DNA of 64,000 nt from positions 1,490,001 through 1,554,000 of the forward strand of contig CM075997.1 in NCBI GenBank assembly GCA_038087875.1, given 5' to 3'. Below, in pieces: positions 11,376 through 25,332 of this stretch. The position numbers were made by a program, and so were the translations under genes. The notes below the pieces were generated by a model, which searched no databases, was not told the origin of the DNA, and was given only the letters and a program-made list of their open reading frames with translations. Numbering within the stretch: the first letter of the stretch is position 1; each line of letters opens with the position of its first letter. The DNA comes from Malacoraja senta. Taxonomy: Eukaryota.

Positions 11376-12601
11376 AATCGTTATTCAAGAAGGTCATTTT
11401 CAACAACACAACTTCAATTAGGGCTTTAAATAGAGGCATAGTCATACAGCATGGAAACAGGCCCTTCGGCCCAAATCGTCCATGCTGACCAAGACCTCCC
11501 TCCTAAGCTGGTCCCATTTACCAGAGTTTGGCCCATATCCCTCTAAACTTTGATAGACAAAAAACTGGAGTAACTCAGCGGGTCAGACTGCATCTTTGGA
11601 GAAAAGGAATAGATCTGACCCGCTGAGTTACTCCAGCTTTTTGGGTCTATCTTCAGCGTAAACCAGCACCTGCAGTTCCATCCTACATATCCACTCTATA
11701 AAGTTTTCCCGACCAAACTATTAAGTTTATTATTTGTCATGCATGTTATCTAATCAGATCAGATATACCATCTATAAATATTCAATTCAAACTCAATTAC
11801 AAAATACACACACACACACACCTCTGTACTTAGCATTGTAGTACATCAGTTCCAGAGACAAAGTTCATTTATCATTCAAGGTGTATTAGTACTGAGGTAC
11901 AGTGAAGAGCTTTGTTTTGCAAACTAATCAGATCAGGTAATACTTTCCATAAATACAATCAAGTCAAACTCTGGCACGATAGGTAATCGGTCTTTACCTT
12001 GCACTAAACGTTATTCCCTTCAAGTTCAAGTTCACGTTTATTGTCACAGGCACTGATATACGAGTTACCATACAGCCATACAAGTGAAAAGCAGCAAGAC
12101 ACACAGCCACATAAAATAAAATTTAACATAAACTTCCACCACAGTGGAATCAACATTCCTCACTGTGATGGAAGGCAAAATGTTCAGTCATCTTCCTCCT
12201 TTGTTCACCCGTGGTCGGCGCCTTTGAACCCTCCGCTCTTGCCGCTGCAGACGGTCCGAGATCCGCCCTCGCGCCGGGATGATCGGAACTCCGGCGTCGG
12301 AACATGGAGCTCCCGAGTCGGCCTCTTCTTACCAGAGACCACGAGCTTCATGGTATTAAAGTCCACAGGCGCTGCGGTCGGAGCCCTTTCCCTTTATCAT
12401 GTATCTGTACACTGCGGGCGGCTCGATTGTAATCATGCATTGTTTTTCCGCTGACTGGTTAACAGACAAAAGCTTTTCACTGTACCCTGGTACATAGGAC
12501 AATAATCAAAACTAAACTCAAAACTTAATGTGTGGGGGTTGGTGCAGACTTTGTGGGCTGAAGGTCCCGCTTGCACTCTGTATCCTGAAACTAAACCTTA
12601 C

Positions 12602-12772
12602 CATTCTGCCCAGCGCAGGCTGCCAGACACGCACGCTCACTCTCGTAGTTGTTCTTGTTGCCCTTGCAGCCTCCGTAGATGAACTTGCTGCAGTTCTGGC
12701 TCTTGGGGTCAAAGTTCCAGCGGGGCATGGAAGCCCGACAATAGCCGACCACCTTGGGCGCCGTGCACCTCT
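12602..12772 (-). CDS. SPINT2: Coding exon 6: Kunitz domain B ([57 protein letters not shown])
   Basis: Kunitz pattern. [13 protein letters not shown] matches mammalian SPINT2 KD1 as recalled. Acceptor tgttacag|, donor |gtaagg. 171 nt, phase 1-1. Confidence 0.93.
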
Positions 12773-13007
12773 CTGTAACACATCAGGGGAATATTAGACC
12801 CTGTCAGCAGCACACAACTCACCACGAGGCCACAATGTGTGGGAAGGAACTGCAGACGCTAGCTCATAGTGGCAGAGGTTATGGGGAGAAGGCAGAAGTA
12901 TGGGGCTAGGAGGGACTGTTAGATCAGCCATGATTGAAGGGTGGAGTGGACTTAATGGGCCGAATGGCCTAATTCTACTATCACTTACGATCTTAATACC
13001 GAATGTA

Positions 13008-13240
13008 GGTGGCGCAGCGGTAGAGTTGCTGCCTTACTGCGCCAGAGACCCGGGTTCGATCCTGACTGCGGGTGCTGTCTGTATGGAGTTGTACATTCTC
13101 CCAGTGACTGCGTGGGCTTTCTCCGGGTGTTCCGGTTTCCTCCCACACTCCCCAAGACGTGCGGGTTTGTAGGTTAATTGGCTTGGGTAAATTTGTAAAT
13201 TGTTCCTAGTGTGCAAGATAGTACCAGTGGATGGAGATCG
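13008..13240 (+). mobile_element. HE1-like SINE
   Basis: Same A box, B box and core. Confidence 0.8.
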
Positions 13241-15209
13241 CCGCTCATCTCTCTCTAATGAAGTTTTCTTTGTGACAGCAGGTGACTGAACTGAACTAAA
13301 TCTGGAACCTAAACCCTCGAGACAAAACTAGAAGTAAACTGGAAGTAAACCAAAATTGTGGAGCAGCCCGTGTCTCTCTGAGCGTGCGACACTTTGGCAG
13401 AGCAGTCTTGATGGGCCGAATGGCCTACGTCCGCTCCTATGACTCACAAAAGCCTCAGAGGACGGTAGTTTGGCTTCTTCCCAGAGGGTGGCGCCCTTGT
13501 CACCAGCACCACACTGGCACTGAGAGGGTGGGACCGAGATCTCCGCTCTAATCCACAGCTGTTCACTCCGGGCCAGGACTTGCTACCTGCTCAGATTCCC
13601 CATTCACCAATAATCCGGAACAGGTTTCTGCTTCCGCCCCAGATTCTCCTGAAGGTCATGATAAAAACCAATGTTGCTGGGACATGTTGGTCGGTGCGGG
13701 CAAGTTGGGCCGAATGGCCTGTTTCCACACTGTATCACTCTATAGAAGAGACAGAGTGCTGGAGTAACTCTGGGTCAGGCAGCATCCCAGGAGAACATGG
13801 ATAGGTGACGTTTTAGGTTGGGACCCATTAGGTCACCAACCATGTTCTCCAGAGATGCTCCAGCCCTTTGTCCCTTCAAGAGTTATAGAGAGAGATACAG
13901 CATGGAAACAGGCCCTTCGGCCCAACTTGCCAACATGTCCCAGCTACACTAGTCCCACCTGCCCATGTTTTGGTCCATATCCCTCCAAACCTGTCCTATC
14001 CATGTACCTGTCTAACTTTCTTAAATGTTGGGAAAGTCCCTGCCTCAACTACCTCCTCTGGCAGCTTGTTCCATACACCCACCACTGAAGAGGTTACCCC
14101 TCAGATCCCTATTAAATATTTCCCCCTTCACCTTAAACCTATGTTCTCTGGTCCTCGCTTCCCCTACTCTGGCCAAGAGATTCTGTGCATCTACCCCGAT
14201 CTATTCCTCCCATGATTTTGTGTCATTTTACCTCAATCAGATCATCCCTCATCCTCCTGCCCTCCAAGGAATAGAGTCCCAGCCTACTCAACCGCTCCCT
14301 ATAGCTCAGACCCTCTAGCCCTGGGATTCACATCCTTGTAATTCTTCTCTGTACCCTTTCCAGCTTGACAACATCTTTCCTATAAGATGGAGATGTGCGG
14401 AGCAAGTTATTTCATAAACTAGCACCTGCAGTTCCTGTGCCCACAAACTCTACATTATCCCAACTTGTTAGAAACCATATAAAATTATAGATAGGGTAGA
14501 CAGTCAGAACATTTCTCCCCCCCCTGTGGGGTGGAAATGTCAAAGACTAGAGGGCAAAGCTATGAGATTCAAGAGAGTTTATTGTCATGTGTCCCAGATA
14601 GGACAATGAAATTCTTGCTTTGCTTCAGCACAACAGAACATAGTTGGCATAAATACTATGATGAGAGAGGGAAAGTTTAATGGAGATGCTAGGGGGCCAG
14701 TTTTCATTTTAAAACACATCGCAGTGGGGGCCTGGAACGCATTGCCAGGGATGGCAGTGGAGGCAAATACATTAGTGGCAATTAAGAGGCAGAACATGGA
14801 AGTGCAAGACATAGAGAGAGAAGGACATTATACAGGCAGATCAGACCAGTTTAACTTGGCATTACATTCTGCGCAAACATTGTGGACACAACGGCCTGTT
14901 AATAATATTATTATTATTATTAAGTGAACTAATTTGCAGATGGGAGAATTTAAATTGGCATCACGGTTAGCATAGACATTGTGGGCTGAAGGGCCTGTTC
15001 CTGTGCTGTACTGTGCTTGATATTCCTGAACCTCAAAAAGGAATTAGCTTCCCAGCGGTGAATGGAGTGGAAGCAGCCTACAAAGCCTGCTGCCGAAAAT
15101 GTCCTAGTCTACCCTGAGGCCTTCTCTGTACTTTGTAAGACAGTCGACATTCGAGAATGCACCGAAAGGCCGCCAAACCGGTTGGGGAGCTCAGGGCGAG
15201 AACACCTAC

Positions 15210-15266
15210 CATTGTCTTGGCTACGCGGGTCTCCTGGGGCAATCAGGAGCTTGTAGGTGTCACGCA
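15210..15266 (-). CDS. SPINT2: Coding exon 5: linker (MRDTYKLLIAPGDPRSQDN)
   Basis: Acceptor ccttctccacag|, donor aatg|gtaggt. 57 nt, open, phase 1-1. Confidence 0.72.
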
Positions 15267-17495
15267 CTGTGGAGAAGGCAGAGGAAACAAACACCGTCAA
15301 ACCGGTTGGTTCAGAAACGCCACTGCACCCAGAAGCACACAACCCGCAAACTGTTTTACTCCACCCTCCCCTCCCCCTCGCCCTAGTTTACCTTCACACA
15401 TGTGCCGTGCAGAAAGCGTTGCAATCGGGCTGCATCACAACAAGGTTTGGCAACAGCTCCGCCCGAGACCGCAAGAAATTGCAGAGAATTGCAGCCAAAC
15501 CAACCTCCCTTCCGTTGAAGAAGGGTCTCGACCCGAAACGTCGCCCATTCCCTTCGCTCCATAGATGCTGCCTCACCCGCTGATTTTCTCCAGCATTTTT
15601 GTCTCCCTTCCATTGACTCCTTTTTACACCTCACACCACCTCGGCAAGGCCAGCAGCATAATCAAGGACCCCAGCCACACTCTCTTCTCCCATCGGGCAA
15701 GAGGTACTGAAGTGTGAAAAATCACACCTCCAGATTCAGGGACAGTTTCTTCCCAGCTGTTATAGGGCAACTGAACCATCCTACCGCCAACTAGAGAGCA
15801 GTCCTATTAACCTCATTGGTAACTCTCGAACTATCTTTGATCGGATTCTACTTGGCATTATCTTGCACTCAATTTTATTTACTTATCATGTATCTGTACA
15901 CGTTGGATGGCTCGATTGTAATCATATATTGTCTTTGCAGTCAGTGGAAAGACAATACATGATTACAATCGAGCCTTCCACAGTGTACAGATACAGGATA
16001 AAGGGAATTACGTTTAGTGCAAGATTATGTCTTATTAAAGATAGTCCAAGGATCTCCTACAAGGTAGATGGTAGTTCAGGACTGCACTCTAGTTGTAGGT
16101 AGGATGGTTCAGTTGCCTGATAACAGCTGGGAAGAAACGGTCTCCGAATGTGGAGGCGTGCGTTTTCACACTTCTGTACCTCTTGCCCGATGGGAGAGGG
16201 GGTGATCTATGTTCGACATTCACTCCCAGCCTGAAGAAACCAACCCTCTGACTCGGGTACGAAACCATTTCTGGATTACCCAGTACGTAATACTGGTGGA
16301 ATGAGGCCACACAGAATTAAAATGTCGCTCCATCGGTGATGAAGCCAAGAATGTAATCATGTATTGCTCAAGGAATAGCCAACAAAAGTCGGGCAATTGT
16401 GTATCAATTATTAAACTGGAGGGGCAGAACAATGGCTCAACGGTAGAGTTGTTGCCTCACAGCCCGAGACCCGGGTTTGATCCCGACTAAGGGTGCTATC
16501 CGTACGGAGTTTGCACGTTCTTCCCGTGATCATATTGAATGGTGGTGCAGGCTCCAAGGGCCGAATGGCCTACTCCTGCACCTATTTTCTATGTTTCTAT
16601 GACCTGCGTGAGTTTTCTCCGGGTGCTCCCATTTCCTCCCACGCTACAAATTTGTAGGTTAATTAACTTTTGGTAAAATTGCAAATTGTCCCGAGTGTGT
16701 GTAGGATAGTGCGATGTACGGGGTGGTCACTGGTCAGCACGGACTCGGTGGGCCAAAGGGCCTGTTTCCACGCTGTATCTCTAAACTAAACTGAAATGTT
16801 GACGTTTCGGGTCAAGATCCTCGAAGGAGGGTCTCCATCCGAAACGTCACCTATTCCTTTTCTCCAGAGATGCAGCCTGACCCACTGAGTTACTCCAGCA
16901 TTTAGATACATAGATACATAGAAAATAGGTGCAGGAGTAGGCCATTCGGCCCTTCGAGCCATTCAATATGATCATGGCTGATCATCCAACTCAGTATCCC
17001 GTACCTGCCTTCTCTCCATACCCCCTGATCCCCTTAGCCACAAGGGCCACATCTAACTCCCTCTTAAATATAGCCAATGAACTGGCCTCAACCACCCTCT
17101 GTGGCAGAGAGTTCCAGAGATTCACCACTCTGTGTGAAAAAGTTTTTCCTCATCTTAAAGGATTTCCCCCTTATCCTTAAGCTGTGACCCCTTGTCCTGG
17201 ACTTCCCCAACATCGGGAACATTTGGTGTCCATCTTCAGTTTAAAGTAGCATTTGCAGTTCCTTCCCAAATTTAAAACAAGGTGGTGCTAGCTTAGATGG
17301 GGAAGCTTGGTTGGCATGGACAGGTTGGGCCGAAGGGCCTATATGACCGTCTGAAGAAGGGTCTCGACCCGAAACGTCACCCATTCCTTCTCTCCAGAGA
17401 TGCTGCCTGTCCCGCCGAGTTACTCCAGCATTTTGTGTCTACCTTTGACTATGACTCGGTGAAGCCAAGCAGAGCCCCATGTACGTAATACTTAC

Positions 17496-17621
17496 TCTTA
17501 TTGCAGTAAGGGAGGTCGGACTTATCAAAGCAATGCGTTACACCGTCACACAAAAGGTTGAGGGGAACACAACAGCCATCACTGCAGTGGAACTCATCAG
17601 TTGAGCAAGGCTTTGAACAGT
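17496..17621 (-). CDS. SPINT2: Coding exon 4: LDL-receptor class A domain (DCSKPCSTDEFHCSDGCCVPLNLLCDGVTHCFDKSDLPYCNK)
   Basis: Not in the ORF track; translated by hand. LDLa Cys spacing with EFxCxDGCC...CDG..HC.D.SD. Acceptor ctttgcag|, donor |gtaagt. 126 nt, phase 1-1. Confidence 0.9.
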
Positions 17622-18023
17622 CTGCAAAGAAGATGGTGGGAAGTTAGAAGGGCCTCGACCCGAAACGTCACCCATTCCTTCTCTCCAGAGATGCCGCCTG
17701 TCCAGCTGAGTTACTCCAGCTTTTTGTGTCTATCTTCGGTTTAAACCAGCATCTGCAGTTCCTTCCTGCACACTTTGGGTTTGAGTTTTGTTTAGTGTCA
17801 CATGTACAGTGAAAAGCTTTTGTTGCGTGCTAACCAGTTAGCGGAAAGACTAGACATGATCACATTCGAGCTGTCCACAGTGTACAGATACAGGGTAAAG
17901 GGGATAACGTGAATTATGTTTAGTGGAAGATAAAGGTCGACAAAAATTGTGAGGTCTTCAATGAGATAAATAGCCGTTCAGGACTGCTCTCTAGTTGTTG
18001 GTAGGGTGGTGTAGTTGCCTGAT

Positions 18024-18912
18024 TGGGCGGCGCGACTTTCGTCTGCAGCGGCCTCTGCAGTCCGTCTGTCTTTTTTTTATTATTTTTGTCTCGTTTTTAT
18101 GTAGTTTTTTATTTATTTTTTTGTCGGGGTATGTGTGTGGGGGGGTGGGGGTGGGGGTGGGGGGGGGGGGAAACTTTGAAATCTTTCCGCTGCACGGGAG
18201 ACCCGACCTTTTCTTTGTCGGGTCTCCGTTGTCGTTGGGGCTGGGCAACGTGGAGCGGCCTCCAGCAGGAACGACCTGGGGCTCCAGTTGTGGAGCTGCG
18301 GACTACTCACCGTCGCGGGGCTGGCCGAGTCCGGAACGGGTGGAGCTGTGGTGGAGCGCTGCTGCGACCCGACCGCCGGAGATTCGGAGGCTACAACCGC
18401 GGGTCTGGCGGACGGCAACACCGGAAGCCCGCGGGTCCCTGGTGGGAGACCGCTTTTCGGGGCTTCCGCAGCGGCGACTTCTCCCGCCCGAGTTGCGGGG
18501 TTGAAGAGCACCTGGAGCGGGGCTTTATCCCCCCCGCGCGGCTTGGAATGGCCGCCGGACTTTGCGGGCGCGCGCCGGGGCTCTAACACCAAGACCCGGT
18601 GCGCGACCTTGCATCACCCGGCGTGGCTTTAATGGCTGCGGGACAATCACCATCGCCCGCCGGGGGCTTTGACTTTGACATCCGGGGGGGGGGGGGGGGG
18701 GGGGGGGGGAGTGCAGTGGAGAGATACGTTTTTTTGCCTTCCATCACAGCGCTGTGATGGATGTATGTGTAAATTGTGTTGTGTCTCGGGTCTTCTTCAT
18801 TTTGTATTGTATGGCTGCAGAAACGACATTTCGTTTGGACCTCAAGGGGTCCAAATGACAAATTTGTCCAAAAGACAAAAAAAAGACAAATAAATTGAAT
18901 TGAATTGAATTA
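18024..18912 (+). mobile_element. GC-rich non-autonomous retroelement (family unassigned)
   Basis: Interrupts another repeat and ends in (AATTG)n. The 3' part (ttgccttccatcacag...ttgtatggctg) is shared with reverse copies at about 12030-12385 and 20160-20500. Confidence 0.55.
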
Positions 18913-19084
18913 ACCATCAGCTGGGACGAAACTGTCCCTAAATCTGGAGGTGTGCGTTTTCACACTTCTGTACCTTTTGCCAGATGGAAGAGGTAGCGAT
19001 CTTGGCGAGACTGATCCTTAATTATGCTGCTGGCCAGACAAGCATCCTAAGTCGGGATCAAACCCGGGTCTCTGGCGCTGTCTG

Positions 19085-19528
19085 ACTAGCTCTCTATTGA
19101 AAGCATCCAGGGAACCTGCCTCCACCGCCCTCCGAGGCAGAGAATTCCACAGACTCACAACTCACTGTGAGAAAAAGTGCTTCCTCGTCTCCGTTCTAAA
19201 TGGCTTACCCCTTATTCTTAAACTGCGGCCCCTGGTTCTGGACTCCCCCAACATCGGGAACATGTTTCCTGCCTCTAGCGTGTCCAAACCCTTAACAATC
19301 TTATATGTTTCAATGAGATGCCCTCTCATCCTTCTAAACTCCAGAGTGTACAAGCCCAGCTGCTCCATTCTCTCAGCATATGACAGTCCCGCCATCCCGG
19401 GATTTAACCTTGTAAACCTTCGCTGCACTCCCTCAATAGCAAGAATGTCCTTCCTCAAATTAGGGGGCCAAAACTGCACACAATACTCCAGGTGTGGTCT
19501 CACTAGGGCTCTGTACAACTGCAGAAGG
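19085..19528 (-). mobile_element. CR1 LINE fragment
   Basis: ORF 19162..19518 YRALVRPHLEYCVQFW... Confidence 0.88.
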
Positions 19529-19843
19529 AGAGTGGGGCCCGGATCCAGGAAACATTCCTTTCAGGAATGGTGGAAACGAAACCGGAGCTTTCAGGAGGGA
19601 ATTGGATGGAAATGATTTGCAGGGAAATGGTACAAAGAACCGACTGATTCTCCACGGGCCTCTAGTGTTTTGGACAACTCCCCATGGTGGAAATGTCAAT
19701 GTGTACAGAGCACAGCTTTAAAGTGAGATGGGAGAGTTTAATGGAGATGTGTGGGCTCGGATGCTTTACACAGAGGTCGGGTGCCACTGTTGTGGACCCT
19801 CTGGCTACAGGACATGAAGTGGCCTCGCGTCAGTGCCCCTTAC

Positions 19844-19897
19844 CCTTGAGACTCATCACACTCCGGCTCACCACTGGCACCTGGTTGCTCGACTGTC
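19844..19897 (-). CDS. SPINT2: Coding exon 3: linker (GQSSNQVPVVSRSVMSLK)
   Basis: Polypyrimidine acceptor cttctattccag| and donor aagg|gtaagg in non-repeat sequence. 54 nt, open, phase 1-1. Confidence 0.7.
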
Positions 19898-20542
19898 CTG
19901 GAATAGAAGAGGAGGAATTAGTGTCCAGTTACAAGCACATAGACCGACATGCACAAGCAAACCGACGGGCACACACGGTGGGCAGGTATATACTGAATTA
20001 TAACATTAGTGGGACTCGCATTAGGGCGGCGCAGCGGTAGAGCTACTGCCTCACAGCGCCAGAGACCCGGGTTTAATCCCAACTACGGGTGCTGTCTGTG
20101 CGGAGTTTGCATGTTCTCCCCGTGACCTGCGTGGGTTTTCTCCCTGATCTCCGGTTTCAAGGTTCCAGGTTTCAAGGTCAGTTTATTGCCACGTGTACCC
20201 ATTAAGGTACAGTGAAATATGATTTACCATACAGCCATACAAAAAAACCCCCAACAAGACACACAACTACATAAATGTTAACGTAAACATCCACCACAGT
20301 GGATTCCCCACATTCCCCACTCTGAGGGAAGGCAATAAAGTCTAATCTACTTCCTCTCTATTCCCCCGCGGTCAGGGGCAGTCGAACCATCCGCAGTTGG
20401 GGCGATCAAAGCCCCTACAGCTTGGAGCTCCCAAAGTCTGTCTCTAACCAGAGACCATGAGCTTCACGATGTTAAAGTCTGCAAGCTCCAAAGTCGACCC
20501 CAAGTACAAGGATCCTCCCACAGGGTTGTAGGGTAATTGGCT

Positions 20543-21056
<514 letters not shown>

Positions 21057-21383
21057 GGATACTGTTGACGTGCAGGGACCGATGGGCCAAAGGGCCTGTT
21101 TCCTCGCTGTATCTCTAAATTAAAACGAGATGGGCCGAATGGCCCAATGCTGTTCCCATTATATGACTTTATTGCCTTAAAACCTCACAGATAGACCGTG
21201 CAAACTCCACACAGACACAGCCCAGGGTCGGGATGGAAGCCGGGTCTCTGGAGCAGCACTACCTGCTGCACCCGCTCCACCCGCAACACGGGCGGTCGTC
21301 CGTGGCACAGCGAGACCCATGGGGGGGGGGGGGTTGAGGTTCGCGCCCCACCCACCCACCCACCCCCCCTCCCCACTACGAAC

Positions 21384-21554
21384 CTGTGCTTTTACTACAA
21401 ACATCGAGGCAGTCTTTCTTGCTGTCGTAGTTGTTCATGTTGGCCAGGCAGCCCCCGTAAATGAATTCCTGGCAGGTCTTTTCCGTGCCGTTGTAAAACC
21501 ACCTGGGGATCGCCGCTCGGCATGGGCCGGTCTTCGGTGGGCCGGAGCAGTCCA
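21384..21554 (-). CDS. SPINT2: Coding exon 2: Kunitz domain A (DCSGPPKTGPCRAAIPRWFYNGTEKTCQEFIYGGCLANMNNYDSKKDCLDVCSKST)
   Basis: Six-Cys Kunitz pattern with FIYGGC and P1 Arg. Acceptor ttgcag|, donor |gttcgt. 171 nt, phase 1-1. Confidence 0.92.
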
Positions 21555-23459
21555 CTGCAAATAAAAAAAACAAAAGGCACGCTATTTCCGATCAATGCCA
21601 CAAGAGAGTCCTGTTTAGCTCAGAGACATCAGAGGGAAGGGAGCTTAGAGATTAGGGGGGGGGGGGGGGTCACGGTGGCACAGCAGTAGGGTTGCTGCCT
21701 TACAGCGAATGTAGCGCCTGAGACCCGGGTTCGATCCTGACCACGGCTGCCGTCTGTACGGAGTTTGTACGATCTCCCCGTGACCCGCGTGGGTTTTCTC
21801 CGAGATCTCCTGTTTCCTCCCACACTCCAAAGACGTGCAGGTTTGTAAGTTAATCGGCGAAGGAATATGTGACATTTTGGGTCGAGACCCTTCTTCAGAC
21901 TTAACCCTAACCCTTGTGTAAAATCGTCCCCAGTGCGTGTAGGATAGTATTAGCGTGCGGGGATCGCTGGTCGGTGCGGACTCAGTGGCCCAATTTCCAC
22001 GCTGTATCGCTGAACTAAAGGCGGCTGTGGAGGCCAAGTCAATGGATATTTTTAAGGCAGAGATTGACAGATTCCCCCATTCTCCTGCCTTCTCCCCAGA
22101 ACCTATCTACCTGTACACCCCATCACCTCTTTGACACCCCATAGCCTCAGACCAACACTCAGTCACTCCAGCACGTTGTGTCTATCTGTGGTCCACAAAC
22201 TCTCACTGTACAGCAGGCATGTCAGACCACTGCCGTACATACCCCACACTGCTACAGCCCCCACAACCCCTCCAGGGTAGAGATATCCTACCCAAGGGCG
22301 GCACAGTGGCACAGCGGTAGAGTTGCTGCCTTACAGCGCCAGAGACCCAGGTTCGATCCTGACCACGGGTGCTGTCTGTGTGGAGTTTGTGCATTCTCCT
22401 TGTGACCATGTGGGTTTTCTCCGGGTGCTCTGGTCTCCTGCCACACTCCAATGTTGTGTAATGTTAGTACCTCCACCAATGTAAAGCATTTTGGCCAACG
22501 AGAGTTGTTTTTTAAATGTGATATATAAATAAAATGACTTGACAAAGACGTACAGATTTGTATGTTAATAGGCTTTGGTAACATCGTAAAATTGTCCATA
22601 GAGCGTGTAGGATAGTGCTCGTGTGCAGGGATCGTTGGTCAGCATGGACTCGGTGGGCCGAAGGGCCTGTTTCTGTGCTGCATCTCTAAACTGAACTACA
22701 AATGTGGGTTGTGTGGGAAAGCACTGCAGATGCTGGTTCAAATACAAGATAGACACAAAATGTTGGAGTAACTCAGCAGGACTGGCAGCATCTCTGGAGA
22801 GAAGGAATGTGTAAAGTATTTTGAGTCGAGACCCTTCTTCACGCCCTCCCACTTATCCTTGGACCATGACCCTGCAGACAGGCAGCGGGCCTTAATATCA
22901 CACACACACCATAATCAGATTTCATTTCTTCTGGCTGTCTGCCCTCCAAAGCCTCCAACCTCATCGTTCCCCAGCCCTGCATGGCCCGATTTTATCTTCT
23001 CCCCAAAATCCACAAACAGAACTGCCCTGGCAGGCCCAACGTTTCCACAAACGTGGGCTAACGGAAGCTTGTTTTGCTCAAGATGGCTGCCATGTCTTTT
23101 TACGACAGAGAGGCTCTGAAAGGTGGTATAAAAATGCAAGCTTTGCGTTTCCACGGGTGGGTGTGTAAGGAGTGGGGGGGATGAGAGGAAAGAGGGGGCG
23201 AGGGGAAGGGCAGGCGAGGGTGAAGGGGCAATGAGAAGCCTCCCACACAAGGACAATAACCTTCTAAACAGTCACTAATTCTTCGTCCATTGCCAGTGTA
23301 AGTAGCTAAACAGATGGGGTTGTGATCTAAGAGATTAGTCACCAAGACTATAATTCACAAACCGGTCTAACAACATAGCTCAAGAGGCTAATGTAATCAT
23401 TAACTGTTTGAGAAACTAAAGGGCTGCGATTCCAACCTTACATACACTAACCATTCATG

Positions 23460-23911
23460 CACGCACACACACACAAACCAACCACAAACACACACCAACC
23501 ACACACACACACACACACACACACACACCAACCACACACACACCAACCACACACACACCAACCACACACACACACACACCAACCACACACACCAACACAA
23601 CACACACACCAACCACACACACACAACACACACACACACACACACACACCACCACACACACCAACACAACACACACAACACACACACACACCAACCACAC
23701 ACACACACACACACACAAACCAACCACACACACACAAACCAACCACACACACACACACACCAACCACACACACCAACACACACACACACCAACCCCACAC
23801 ACACACACCAACCACACACACACACCAACCACACACACACACCAACCACACACACAACATACACACACACAACATACACACACACAACATACACACACAC
23901 ACCAACCACAC
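23460..23911. repeat. (CA)n repeat with CCAACC interruptions
   Basis: Direct reading. Confidence 0.95.
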
Positions 23912-24486
23912 AAGGCTACGTAAACAAGACTATCCTCGGTCACAAGGGTCACAAACCAAAATGTCTGTGTCCCCCCCCCCCCAGGATGGTGCCTGACCTG
24001 CTGCGTTCCTCCAGCACTTTGCGTTTTTCTTTGTAAGCCAGCATCCGCAGTTCCTTGTGTAGGAAGGAACTGCAGATGCTAGTTGATACCGAAGATAGAC
24101 CAAGTGCTGGAGTAACTCAGGCAGCATCTCTGGAGAAATGGAATAGATGACGTTTCAGGTCGAAACCCTTCTTCAGGCTTTCTTTGGGGTCCAACCCGTA
24201 ATGTCACCTATTAATTCTCTCCAGAGATGCCGCCTGACCAGCTGAGTTACTCCAGCATCTTGCGTCTAACTGCAGTTCCTCGTGTCTGAACAAGATCATC
24301 ATGATTAAAGTCTTGATTAGTTAGTCCGGGTGTCAGGGGTTATGGGGAGTAGGAAGGAGAATGGGGTTAGGAAGGAGATAGATCAGCCATGATTGAATGG
24401 TGGAGTAGACTTGATGGGCCGAATGGCCTAATTCTACTCCTATTCCTCGTGACCATATGATCATCTGGTTGAAGAAGGGTCCCGAC

Positions 24487-24989
24487 TCGGGTGGCCAACT
24501 ATCTCACTCCCAAATAAGGGAGAAAAGGTCAAAATACGGGACAAATTCCCAACGGCAATTCGTTGACCGAATTGGCCGTGGCTGGGTGAATGATGAGTTG
24601 GCCCGGGTGCTGGACTGCACACAAAGCCCAGCCGGCGGGCGGGCCAGCTGAGGAGTTTTGGCCCCGGCCGCACGACGTCTCTCACAAAGTCCAGCACCCC
24701 ATCCAACTCATGAACCGATGATCGGCCATGAGAAGGAGGGGCGGTGGTGATGGTCTGCTGGCCGGGCTGCCGACCGACGGGGCCACAGGCGAGGTGCTGC
24801 TGCTGCACTCCATGGGCTGCACTACGTCGGGACGGGTGAGGCGGGGCCGGACGCTCGCTCCGACCCGACAGTCCCCTCGACCCAAGTAGTAGCAGTCAAA
24901 TACGGGACAAGGGCGCTCTCGTACGGGACAAACCAATTTAGCCCAATACACGTGATGTCCCGGCTAATACGGGGCAGTTGGCAACCCTA
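24487..24989. mobile_element. Second copy of the same hAT MITE
   Basis: Colinear with 27211-27697. 8-bp TSD GTCCCGAC/GTCCTGAC with one mismatch. Confidence 0.85.
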
Positions 24990-25291
24990 GTCCTGACCCA
25001 AAATTTTGCCTGTCCAACCCCGTCCCACCACAGATGCTGCCCGACCCGCTGAGTTACTCCACCCAGTCTGATTTCCGATCAGCATTAGAACAGGTTGTAT
25101 AACCGAGGTGGCAGCGTTTGTGAAACGGCAGGAAGTGAGTGAATAGCCAAGGAATGGGAGACACAGAGAGGCTGCCTGTTGCCACATCGGGCAACGTGAG
25201 AAAACACCCACTCACCTGATGTCCTTCCACAGACCGCACACTAAACATTTCCTCCCAGTCACCTCCGCTGCATCAGTACTACCCGCCATCT

Positions 25292-25332
<41 letters not shown>

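Noticed and set aside
17995..18632. GC-rich overlapping ORFs resembling a CpG island gene
   Set aside because: Lie within an inserted repeat and show no recognisable protein.
19872..19897. Alternative 26-nt version of the linker exon (donor gtgagc)
   Set aside because: Breaks the frame; the 54-nt version keeps phase 1.
25216..25290. Strong donor cag|gtgagt with upstream ATGs, a possible alternative first exon
   Set aside because: The open ATG frames end in phase 0 or 2, incompatible with the phase-1 Kunitz exon, and there is no signal peptide.
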